A DNA stretch of 64,000 bases from Catajapyx aquilonaris (lineage: Eukaryota), in assembly GCA_000934665.2 (NCBI GenBank), contig KZ538603.1, positions 1-64,000 of the forward strand, read 5' to 3'. Each line of letters starts with the position of its first letter. Position 1 is the first letter of the stretch. The notes beneath the pieces are model-generated. The model saw only the letters and a program-made list of their open reading frames with translations. It had not been told where the DNA came from and did not search any database. Both the position numbers and the translations under genes were made by a program. Below are positions 24,665-36,288 of the stretch, piece by piece.

Positions 24665-25040
24665 CAGGGATGTGCAACCTTTTTTCTCCGTGGGCTGCAT
24701 AAGAGATTTTTTTAAATTTGACGGGCCGCATTTAGAATATAATTATATATCCATCGTTTTAAATGAACTTCCATTGTTTGCATAAATTATCATTAAATTT
24801 ACTGAAAATCTATAAAAATAGCTAAATATACGGTATCAATGAAGATGGCATGTATAAATTTTTTTAAAAACAATGTTTTGTGGATTTAAAAAGAGTTTTT
24901 AAAGCGGCACAGGCATAACATTTTGCAATTTTAATTTTTCAAAATTTTCAGGAACTCCAAAAATTTTGCGCGGGCCGCACAAATATATATTGTCTTCGCG
25001 GGCGGTATCCGGCCCGCGGGCAGTAGGTTGTCCACCCCTG
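24665..25040. mobile_element. hAT MITE
   Basis: TIRs CAGGGATGTGCAACCT and AGGTTGTCCACCCCTG; perfect 8-bp TSD ATCTAGTG; GCGGGCCGC subterminal motifs. Confidence 0.9.
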
Positions 25041-25442
25041 ATCTAGTGCATTGATGGCTTAAATAGTAATATTAATTGACTTGTAGCTTGTATATAGCAA
25101 CATCAGCAGCAGTTAACTAAGAAATTGAGCCCAGTACGCAGCATATGCATACAGGAAGAGTCCAATTTTGCCGGGTTTGAGGAATTGAAGCCACCGATTA
25201 AGTCAGAATTTTTATGCTCTATCTCCAGGTGAAATCCATTTAGTCCTAAAGATCCATAAGAAGCCAGAAAGTCAGGATTTTCTGCCTTCACTAGCATTTA
25301 TTAAAGCAGGATTCCAAGTCAAATCTTTGCCTTCGATTACCTCGAAACTTTACTTGGACCTAGTGGGTTTCGCCTGTATATGCTCACGATATACCGGTAC
25401 TGTATTCAGACCTTGACATATCTCCTGCTATATGTTGACTTA

Positions 25443-25697
25443 GGGCCGGTTTCACCGAGCTTGGTATATGATAAAACCAGGTTTCTTTAGGAAAATCCAT
25501 ACAAATAGATAGGGATTTTGAGAAATACCCTGGTTTTATCATATACTGAGCTCGGTCACCAATCCTGGTTTTGATAAAACCCCAGTTCTTTCGGAAAATC
25601 CATATTCTATTTGCAGGGATTTTCTGAATCCTTGCAAATAGAATAGGGATTTTCCGAAAGAACCGGGGTTTTAGAACAGGGATTTGTGAAACGGCCC
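25443..25697. mobile_element. PIF/Harbinger MITE with internal hairpins
   Basis: TIRs GGGCCGGTTTCAC and GTGAAACGGCCC; flanks TTA and TAA (TWA). Confidence 0.75.
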
Positions 25698-27049
25698 TAA
25701 AGCAAATACACGTGGAATGTGGAACACTAAAAGTTTTCTAGAGGGTAGATTGTCTCCAGTAAACTACTACAATGATTTTGAAGTGTGCAATAGCAAGGAG
25801 CATGGTCGCAGCCTAATTGTCTGGTCAGAAGTGACTAACTTGATAAGAGACAAGATGGATGCATTCCCGGAGCCATTCAGCCTGGATTGATCCCGGCAGC
25901 GCAGTGGCGACGACAACCGAATGAGCTAATTGAAAGCATGCGACCATTGCTGTGGAGCCAAGTTTGTCAAGTGCACTGCAGTAATTATACCAAAATCCCT
26001 GAAAGCTACTACTACCCCCATCCAGCAGGCGGGTTAGGGACGGAGGAGGGGGAAAGCAGATATGATGAGTAAGGGGGCTATGCCGTGATTCACTGCTAGT
26101 CCGAGTTGGAAATAAATGACCCGATGCTCATCTGTCATCGCACCAACTGAAGGCATTCATAACATGGGTTGAGTGAGTTTTAGGACTGGGGGAAGGAGGA
26201 TTGTAGTTGTTGTATGGGGGATGGGTAATGCAATCAGGACATTAGAAGGTTTGGGGAGGAAGGGTGGATAGAAAAAGCATGATTTTCTTTCCCCTTGAAG
26301 CAAACCACCCCTCCCCTGAGGGCCCTCCTTGCTTTTCCACTCCCATCTCTCAGATGGAGCGGAAAATTCCCGTCATCGTTCTCTACCCCATTTGACAAAT
26401 GACCGTCGCTCCCAAGATGGATACTCACTTCATTTGCTCTCGCCCGTCCAACACAAATAGGGAGGATGAGCAACTTAGTATGCGGCCTAACACCGCTTTT
26501 GCCCTCTCATTTCATCTCACATTATTTTTACATGCTTAGAATGGTTAGCTTGCTTTATGACGAGTGAAGATGTCGAGCATTTATTTATAGGGTTAAGTCA
26601 CTCTAAGGTTCATCTCTCAGATACCGAAAAACATTCTATATCTAGCCTAAATACAAGGAAATAGATGCATGGAAAATGACTGGAAAGACTCAGGCCCAGT
26701 TGTGTCGACTCAAATTAAGGAGAAATATCATGTTTAAAATAATCCGGGTTCGTTGTCCCTAGCCCACGGTATCATTTTTACACGGTTCACTAAAATCAAA
26801 ATCAAAATTGGCATTTAAAAAATAACCGCGAAAGTTTTTTGCCCTACATACAGAGATTGGGCAGAATAATATGGTCCCCTGCGAAAAGCGGTTGAAACTT
26901 CGCGTCTGTTTACAATGATGACTTTTACCTAGTTTTGAATCTGTATCGATGTACTGTACATTTGTCGAGGTATGCAGATGACTCAAAAATCACGAGAAGG
27001 GAAGAGAAACAAAAGACGAACCCAGGGCCCATTTTTGACCCAACCATTT

Positions 27050-27535
27050 TTATTTAAAAATGAAAACAGTTACAGATATGAACTTTACTGTGTTTTGAAA
27101 CTCTATCGATGTCACTTTGTGTGGTATAGATATGGACCAAAATTACCCTCTGGGGGGGGGGGGGGGGGAGGGGGAGAAACCACACCCCCTTCCCCTGCAC
27201 TAAATCTGAGAAAAGCTTCGACAAAATAATGTACAGTAAGTTTGGGTCGAATTTTCCAGCATTTTCGTCCCACTGCTTACTGCTAGTTACTACCAACTTC
27301 GTATAGTACCATATTTGGCATTGGTAACTATAGCAGTGGGACGAAAATTTTCCATTGCTTGCATTCAAGCAGTGCTGGGGAAGGGGGGTGTCATTTCTAT
27401 TCCCCCCCCCCCCGCCCCCTGTCGGTAATTTTGGTCCATCTCTATACCACACAAAGTGACATCGATAGAGCTTAAAAACCCAGTAAAGTTCATATATACG
27501 GGTATGTAACTGTGTTTTCCTTTTGAAATGAAAAT
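27050..27535. repeat. Inverted repeat with ~130-bp arms (unclassified foldback element)
   Basis: ACAGTTAC...CTCTATCGATGTCACTTTGTGTGGTATAGATATGGACCAAAATTACC plus poly-G at 27067-27170 pairs with its complement at ~27400-27515. Confidence 0.7.
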
Positions 27536-30020
27536 GGTGGGACACTTTGGTCGAAAATGGGGTATGGGGGGGGGGGGGTCCAAATATTGTTCCACATAAT
27601 TGTGACAGTCTTTCCATTGGCCCGAACCCTGAAGTCAAAGATGGAATACTGTTTTATTCAAGCAGATGCACAGGTGGGGACGCCAGAAGGCCTACCCTTG
27701 TTAGAGAGTCCCGAGATGGCCTCTAAACATGCGAATGATTATTATTCGGCTGAGTAGCTGGGTGGGAGCGTGAGTGGAGGAAGACGTGCTTTTTCACGGT
27801 TGAGCAAGGCGAGAGAGATTTATTCCGGTCCGTATCATTTCTCTCTGGCAACAAAAATCAGCCACGCTTGCAAGCCATCACGTTAGGCTCGTGTAACACA
27901 AGCCATTTGGAGCAACTCCACACACATCAAACCTCGAGGGTGCGAATCCCTGTCTTTATTCCTAACTCGCGAACTATTAAAATGTGGTACATGCACATTA
28001 CATACTAGGGTCATAATCATGTATGTTTTGTAATGTAATGTGGTCGTTTCCAGATGGGGACCTTCCGGAGGGTGAGGGAAGCGATACGTTCATCTTTTTG
28101 TTTTTAAGTAGAAATTCTGCATTTTATCAGGGGGTAGAGTCTATTATAGTAAAAACACTAAAAAGTACAAGAATCTTAACTGTATGAAAAAACCGGCCAT
28201 TTTTTTACAAACAAATTAGGAAAACCCCTTCCTAATTTGTTTGTAAAAAATGTTGTATAGGGGAAAATGAATTTTTATGCAAACGGGCGAATTATTTCAA
28301 CAACCCGTTAGCTTTTCATCTCCATAATCAATTATATGTTTGGCTTATCCTCTTTAAATAGCCCCCAATATTATTAACAACTTAGAATCTAGGAAATGAG
28401 TTTGTGACTGTCGATCGTGCTTTTAAGTTGAATCCCCGATAAACATATAGGTGTATATTCAAGGAGAAGATAATTAATTTATTGGAGCAGCAGATTTTCT
28501 GCAGGGATTCCTCAGAGATTGGGGCAGAAAGCAAGTGGTAGCCACGCAAATGTTGCGGTAATTTTATAAGGGCCTGGATGACAATAGTTCACATACAAGT
28601 TAAAACGTTATCATTATGCTCGCTTCAGAGTCCAAAACCGATGAAATCGCTCTGTAGTATGTATATACCCCAAACAAATTACGCAGTTTCCATCGAATGA
28701 AAAGCAAAGAAGAATGTCATGTCAATGGCTAAACCAAACTTGTTAAAAGAATGAACAGTTCCTTATGTAGTCGTCAGTAGTTAAAATGTAGAATTGTAGA
28801 TTTAAAACAAAAACCAAAAAAATCCCAATTGTAATATTTTCCTGTCTCCGTAAAATGAATAAAATCAGCATTTTCTCCAAAAAAGCGGGTTCTTCCGGTC
28901 CATTACGACACTAAGGCTATTCTATATAACTTATTAGTGGTTAGGCGTTAAGGCCGTAATTATAGGAATGGTATTGGGTTCTATCCCTAGTGCCAACAGC
29001 TCTGAGTATGGTCTTATGTATAGCTTTCAAACTGCTGGTTGATCCCAACCTTTTTTGTGATAATAATCAAGTGATTGTAGGAAAGGTAGAGATATCATTG
29101 AATTGCCCTATAGGCATCATGAGAAAGGTTCCTTTAGCGGGGCCACACTGACGGTGTGGGTGACCAATGCATATGCATAATAAATACGCGTGTCTGTATT
29201 ATGAATATGTACAAGACAATACGCAAGGGGACGGTTAACTTGTTACAACTACATGGCTCACAGGATATACAGGATAGAAATATATATTATTTCATTATTA
29301 TTCCTTAACAACTTTTGAGGAGGGAAATGTTGTTAAATTTTCACCATGTCATAAAATAGTATTTGCATATGCATGCCTGGGAAACAGGTTAATCGCTTTA
29401 AACGGATTTAAAAGTTGCAACAACCGACTCCGGTCTCCCTTAGAGTATATTTTAATAATATGGAAGCTGCTGGAGAAAATATCGCAGTATTACTCCTAAT
29501 GTAGCAATCATCTGACGCACAGCCTGCAAGTTACCGTTATCCTTACAAGGATGCGGTTGCATACAGTATAGTATACATGCCTGGGGAAAGATGAAACGTA
29601 TTCAAATACCAGCGAAGACGGTCTCTGGGTTCTAATCACCTACATTTTGGTAGCCATTTTGGGAAGCTTATTGTTCCATAAATTGAACCTGCACCTGACA
29701 CGACAGGAGCCATGAGAAATGAGTGTTCGCAATATATTTTTGACAATATGGATAAGTTAATTTAATAAACAAGCGATATATTGTGTGTTACGGAGAAGTT
29801 GCGGTATGATTTTGCACACGGCATCGGCATAAGCAGCAACCATACGGCTGCTTTATTGTAGGAACATGTCACATACACAGGAGTGAAGGATATATGCATG
29901 ACGATGTGCAATGAACCATCAGTTAAACTGCACTCATAACTTTACAGTTGGTACAAAAAAAAATCACATAAATCATAAATACATTTTTAAGCAAAGTGAA
30001 CTGAGAAAATTGACGAACAT

Positions 30021-30518
30021 AGGCGTATTCGGCAATTCAGATTATTCTGAGATGCGTCACGTGATATCTGAGTTGTTAGACCCGCCCCTCAGAAGATTAT
30101 TGCCGAACGGCCGAACTGAGAGACCCCCCTACCCGCCATTTGTGCTGCATCCCAGTGATGACAATGTGCGGGTACTTACCCGAATTTCGGGTATTTCGGT
30201 GCCGTATTTCGGACGCTTGCGGGTAATGGTGCGGGTAAAATGAAAATTCGGGTAAAATCGGGTATTTTCAGGTCCTATCGCGGGGTTTCTTGGGCATTTT
30301 GCATTGGCAACACTGCTGCATCCATAACATGAATTTGTTGACCGCCATGTTTCTCAGCAAGTAAGTGAGGTCAGGAGTACACTAAGTCCGTGACTAAGTT
30401 CCTGATCTTGGGAAGTCAGGTAGGGCGCATGCGCACTTACTTCAGGGGGCGTGGCACCTGATTTGCCGAACATCCAAACAGCCCAGGAAGTCAGATTCCT
30501 GAATTGCCGAATACGCCT
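30021..30518. mobile_element. PIF/ISL2EU-like MITE containing a nested MITE
   Basis: TIRs AGGCGTATTCGGCAATTCAG and CTGAATTGCCGAATACGCCT, with AT on both flanks. Confidence 0.7.
30153..30315. mobile_element. Nested hAT-like MITE
   Basis: TIRs CAGTGATGACAATG and CATTGGCAACACTG; perfect 8-bp TSD CTGCATCC; CGGGTA subterminal repeats. Confidence 0.85.
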
Positions 30519-32299
30519 ATTATTATTAATCACAATATTGTTGTTGCTGTTTCTGGTGTATATAAACCACATAATTATGACTCTGATTCCTAGCAGTTTA
30601 GCCAATCGAATAAGTGTGTAAATCATGTGAAATTGGAATCGTAGTCCAGTCCGCATAGGCTACTCCACGCAGGTACTGCTGTTATATAAGGGAGTGGTTG
30701 CGGACTAACCGCAATGATACCGGTTACACTTTAAAGGGTAATAACATAGATATTACCATACATCATATCGCAAAGAATATTCCCGAGATTGTTTTGTCAC
30801 ATTTCATTTAAGATATCGACCAATAATGTAGCTAATGTTCCTAATTTCTACAATAATATAACAGTCATGACTCGTCATTAATATGACCATAACGACGCAT
30901 ATCATTTATTATTAATCCTTCGTAGCCAATATAATAGGTTGCCCGCAACACCTCTTGGTAAAAAAGGGTGTCCAGTGAAATAACTTCATCTGCACTCGGT
31001 TGGCACCCTTGTTGTGTATGTCTCCCTGCCAACAGCGAATCGTCCCGGACTACGCAGTTCTCAACAATCTCAACGATGCCCTCAGTTACAGATTTTGCTT
31101 GAGAAAGGTGGGTGGACGCATGTCTCCCGATAATTTATTGTCCAATTTGTTTCCCACTTCGTCCTTTCTTTCCAGTTATAGCAAACATGGTCGGATTTGG
31201 CTACCCAACGATGGCTAGGCTGACAAGTGAGTCTGCCACCCCGCAGGAGGGGCCTCAAGTTATGTTCTTGACTTGTTAGATTAGTATGTCTAATTTACAT
31301 TTGGTTTTTTTAAATCATGAAAAGAACTTGTTATTATGACACAACAATGGTCGATGGATACCTTCATACTCCTGAGATGCCAAATCTAAAACGTAGCAAC
31401 GCAGCAGGGCCTTTGAATAAACAACTGACACTCATTGTTTTCTTTTTCAATTCACGGTAGCCAACATTAACAACATTGGCATCTCTTTCTCCTCCTCGAA
31501 GGCTGTGTTTTCGAATGAGCGATACGGTTGACCTTCGCCACGAGAGGATGACTACGTCAACTGCTGTAAATCCAAAATGGCATTGCACACGGGAGGACAC
31601 CTAAAACTCAAAATCTCATTTATTGACGAGTCAATTAAGGTACTGTATACATTCACAAGCTTGCGAGAACCGGTTTTTCAGAGCGAATTCGAGACCTTTT
31701 CGCGTTTACAAGCGAGAAGTCAACGCTTGTGAACACATCGCATATCTTAAAATAATATGAGTTCACAAACATGCGAGAACACTTTCTTCTCGTGCATATA
31801 TTTATTGCACAGCACAAAAATTGACGTCATCTTATTAACCGCAATTACAAAAAAAAATGGTGCGCCTGTATTAATATTATGATGCAAGGCATATCGGATC
31901 GACACCAGCCACCAGCTCACCATCCACGCCCACATCTTAACCTTCGCCTGCCCTTCCTGGACCTCCTGATGGGGCGGCGCGGGCGTCGCGTCGGCCCCTA
32001 GACTGCAGGCACTTCTTCATCCGCCTGCCTTGTCCTCTTTTTTTACCGAGTGATGTCGCGGGCAGCGAATTGGCGACTTTGGATAAATGATAAATGATCT
32101 CGGTCGTCATGGTCATATTAATGCCCAATCACATGAAAATAGTCATTGGGAATATGACATTATTGAACTAAGTTATATCTTAAATGCAACATGACAAATT
32201 TTCACGGGAAGATTATACGCGACATGATGTAGTAATATCTGTTGAAAAAATTATCATCAGCCACTCCCCTGTACCCACATCTGACGTACATCTGACGTA

Positions 32300-33014
32300 C
32301 AGGGTGATTCTCTCGAATGGAAACCCAAACATTCCTCAATAACTTTTTAATTATGGTATGGTTCCCGATGAAAATTAACATATATTTACCTTGTATCATG
32401 CCAAACAATGTCTGACTAAAGAATATACCAAAAGTGGTCCCCTCCAGCATCCAAGAATTTTTTAATCCGAGTCTGCATATTGCCGAAGACTCCTGCAGAA
32501 TGGCCGGCGGGAATGGCTCAACTCCCGCCCGCCCCGCTTGCTTGGTGAGACGGGATCGCAAGGCGACGGTCCCGTTGCCTTGAGATCAGGGATGGAAAAA
32601 GAACCGCTTCCTTCCAAGAAGCGCTTCTTTTTTCCATGTGCAGGGATGGAAAAAGAACCGCTTCCTTCCAAGAAGCGGTTCTTTTTTCCATGTGCAGGGA
32701 TGGAAAAAGAACCGCTTCCTCCCAAAGAAGCGGTTCTTTTTTCCATCCCTGCTTGAGATACCCCTCTCGCAAAACAGACTGGTGGGTGGGAATGGATGGG
32801 ATCGCCGCATTCAATCGGCAGGAGTCTTCGGCCATATGCAGACTCGGATTTAAAAATTCTTGGATGCTGGAGGGGACCACTTTTGGTATATTCTTTAGTC
32901 AGACCTTGTTTGGCATGATACAAGGTAAGTACATGCTAATTTTCATCGGGAACCATACCATAGTTAAAAAGTTATTGAGGAATGTTTGGGTTTCCATTCG
33001 AGAGAATCACCCTG
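32300..33014. mobile_element. Tc1/mariner MITE with ~200-bp TIRs and a central 54-bp palindromic tandem repeat
   Basis: TA|CAGGGTGATTCTCTCGAATGG...CCATTCGAGAGAATCACCCTG|TA; repeat units start at 32587, 32641 and 32695. Confidence 0.9.
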
Positions 33015-33204
33015 TATAACTGCCGGCGCATAGTACGAATCCGAATTGACATGATTTATCAACAAACAAAAGCGCCAACCTATGGCATAACCTACGGAAT
33101 GCCCACAAAAGGAAAGTTCCCGACTCACAAAATAGCAAAATTGGCAGTAAAATCTCCTAGGTTCTCCGATAATGTGACTGACACATTGTTGTTGTTCAGT
33201 GACG

Positions 33205-33300
33205 CAGCCGCGTTTACATGTGAGCAATTTGATCAGCAATGTTGTATCGATGTCATCGTTACAACATCGCTGATCTAATCACTCACATGTAAATGCGGCT
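33205..33300. mobile_element. Small PIF-like MITE
   Basis: TIRs AGCCGCGTTTACATGTGAG and CTCACATGTAAATGCGGCT. Confidence 0.6.
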
Positions 33301-33704
33301 TTATTCGATGCATTCGATGCTGATATATTCTGATGATACCGTACTTCTAATATTGCAATTTAGCGTTTTTTGAAATGTGGATTACGCGAATGGTAGCAAT
33401 GTCACATAGGCCTATTTGTCATTTTACTAGCAACAAAGGGGACTTGAGACTTAGATAAAAATTCAAAAGGACCACCACGAATTAAAATGATTAATTTTGG
33501 CTCGAAGTCGTTATTCATTAATGTCACTCCTACATCGAATTTCGCACACATAAAAGAAAGAAACGGCCCAAAAACCTGCCAAAAACGTGGTTAAATCAGT
33601 GACAGGTGGGAAAACCACCCCCGCTCCAGTATACAGTGCTTTCCTCGGATGGGAAAAGGAAGCTGGGTAATCAAAAACGCCATATTTTCCCACCGAGGGG
33701 CCAA

Positions 33705-33860
33705 GAAATGTCTGTTATAGCCGAAGTGAGGTGAAAATGAGTCTGTTATATCAGGAGTAAAAATACACAGGGCCTTATGGAAGTTTGCCGGGACCGGCCT
33801 TTCGAGTCTGTTATAACCGAAAGTCCGCTATAGCCGAGGCTGTTATAAACGGATTCAACT
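33705..33860. mobile_element. pogo/Tigger-like MITE end, interrupted at its last bases by the next element
   Basis: Repeated CTGTTATA(G/A/T)CCG motifs. The terminus GGATTCAACT|G-TA is completed only after the insertion, at 34649-34655. Confidence 0.6.
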
Positions 33861-34648
33861 GAATGACCCAGAATGGAAAGGGCATAAGTCCACCTTTTGG
33901 TCAAAATGACTTTTTCGCGGAAGGAAACTCTTCAGCATGGAGGGCATAAGATCCAGTATGAGAGGGAGCGGAAGTCCCCACCCATATGCTATATTTTAGC
34001 ATGTCAGAATTGCCTCCGGAATGGAAAAGGGGGAAGATCTAGACTTACACCTTTTCCATGCTGAAATTGCTGCTTCGGAATGAAAATGCACTTTGTCCAT
34101 CGTGTCATTATCCGGAAAATACCTACATGTATTCAGGAAAATGTTGAAGTAAAGGGACGGGACTTACGTCTCTTTCATTCTGAAAGATGGCAGGATGGGA
34201 AAATCTGTGCCGTTCTGTCACATGATAACATAAGTAACACAAAATAATACATTATTTTGTGTTACTTATGTTATCATGTGATAGAACGGCACAGATTTTC
34301 CCATCCTGCCATCTTTGTCTTTCTGTCACATGATAACATAAGTAACACAAAATAATACATTATTTTGTGTTACTTATGTTATCATGTGACAGAACGGCAC
34401 AGATTTTCCCATCCTGCCATCTTTCAGAATGAAGGGGACGTAAGTCCCGTCCCTTTAAGTCGCTCTCACGCATCTGTCATGACGCGTTTTCCACCGAACT
34501 CTGCTCAACATGATCCCAATGTCGACTAAGATCAACATTCCCGCGAGTCCGACCACCTTGACGAATTTACAATGCCGCATTTAAGTTTTTTGTCTCCCCT
34601 GTAAAATTTTGTCTCATGGACTTATGCCCTTTCCATTCTGGGTCATTC
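33861..34648. mobile_element. Sola-like MITE with an internal duplicated palindrome
   Basis: TIRs GAATGACCCAGAATGGAAAGGGCATAAGTCC and its exact complement; 4-bp TSD AACT. Confidence 0.8.
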
Positions 34649-34996
34649 AACTGTATTGCTATTATTTTTGCGCTTTTTGAGCAAAGCCTGGCTTCTGAAA
34701 AGACTACTTTTAACCAGAAAAATTAAAGCCCGGTTGTACGGACGCAAAGTAATGATAAAAAAACAAGCCGTAGGTTAAGAGTAACATAAATAATGTGACC
34801 TCATGTCAGTATATACAGGGGCGGATCCAGAGAGGACTTGCGGGGGAGGAACTGTTTTGAAGGAGAAAACCGGTCGTTTTCAAAACGCACAAGGCACAAC
34901 GCGTTCTGGCCCTTCTGGGCAGATTTAAAATGCCAAAACGCGAAATTTCGTGTTGGGACTGTAGGGTTGTAACAGCCGGGGAAACCCCCTATTTAC

Positions 34997-35047
<51 letters not shown>

Positions 35048-35708
35048 TCGGGGTTTTCGGCCGAGCAAAATTTGGTTGTTTATACCGGTAGTTTTTTTCC
35101 AAAGACCCGGAATATTTTATGAAAAATCGGCACATTTTATGTATACGTTCCAAATATTTTACATAGAAAATAATGAGAGGAAATTGTCGCATAAAATATT
35201 TCATTTTCTATGGAGACTTGTACAAAAATTGAAAAACTAATCATCAATTTTCTGGACATCACTACCACGGCTGCTTGTTCTGCAGGGTCTTTTAAATGAG
35301 TTTTAAAATGACTTGACCATCAAAATAAATTTTTCATGTAATGTTTAATATGGAGTTTGACTACCAGTTGTACGTAATATAATAATAATTAGGTATGAAA
35401 TTCACAATCGGTCACAATATTATTTGGCATGAAAACACTGATACTAAAGCAGAGAAAAAAAGATGAAATATCAATAGTGTCTTGATAGGGTACATTATTT
35501 TCAATATGTGACATAGCAACATCCAAGTGCAGGCGCTTTTCATAAAACACTTTTTAGCCAGTGAAAAATCGCAAAGTAGGCCCTATCTCAGCGGATATCA
35601 ACCTATAAGCCACATCGGGCCCCCCTGGAAAGTAATTTCAGATATCCCCCCATCTAGGCATTGCGACAGCACTACGACTACTTCACTGGCATACTAGTAA
35701 AGTAGTCC

Positions 35709-35991
35709 ACCGAAGCAGTTTGGAGGAGGGGATATGGTGTCCGACTGCTAATCGGGAGGTCCTGGGATCAAATCCCGGGGCCGGCAACTCTGACCGTGGT
35801 TTTCTGTGGTTTCCCACGGTCCTTCCAGGAAAATTCCGGAGTTGCTTCCGTAATTAATAGGCCACAGCCGCTTCCTTCCGTCCCTGTCCTATCCCAAAGA
35901 GCACAGGCAAAATGAAAGCAAGGAGTTCCAGGCAAAACAAACTTCCCCCCTAAAGAGCCGATAGCTGATAACGGGGTATGAATGATTATTA

Positions 35992-36046
<55 letters not shown>

Positions 36047-36048
36047 CA

Positions 36049-36123
<75 letters not shown>
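35709..36123 (+). mobile_element. tRNA-derived SINE, family A, copy 2
   Basis: Same 5' end ACCGAAGCAG and body as the copy at 20114; long (TTA)n tail; 14-bp TSD TAGTAAAGTAGTCC at 35695-35708 and 36124-36137. Confidence 0.9.
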
Positions 36124-36125
<2 letters not shown>

Positions 36126-36139
36126 GTAAAGTAGTCCAG

Positions 36140-36288
36140 TAAGTAGTTTAGGAATTCTAGTCCGTGTTGCCGTAGCGTGCATGATATGTGAACTTGGAGT
36201 ATACCAAACTGTTTGTCATGTCTTTTACATAATTGCTAGGTGTTTGGGTCAATAGTGAGGGTTATCACTTTTTCCACCACACTCCTCA
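36140..36288. mobile_element. Partial relative of the Sola-like MITE at 45290
   Basis: 36160-36230 is the reverse complement of 45360-45435; ends GGTTATCACTTTTTCCACCACACTCCTC. Confidence 0.6.

Noticed and set aside
32587..32750. CRISPR-like palindromic repeats
   Set aside because: Units are contiguous with no unique spacers, lie inside a TA-flanked MITE, and there are no cas genes; the context is eukaryotic.
32462..33019. ORFs with an 18-aa repeat
   Set aside because: By-product of the 54-bp DNA repeat; open in several frames on both strands.
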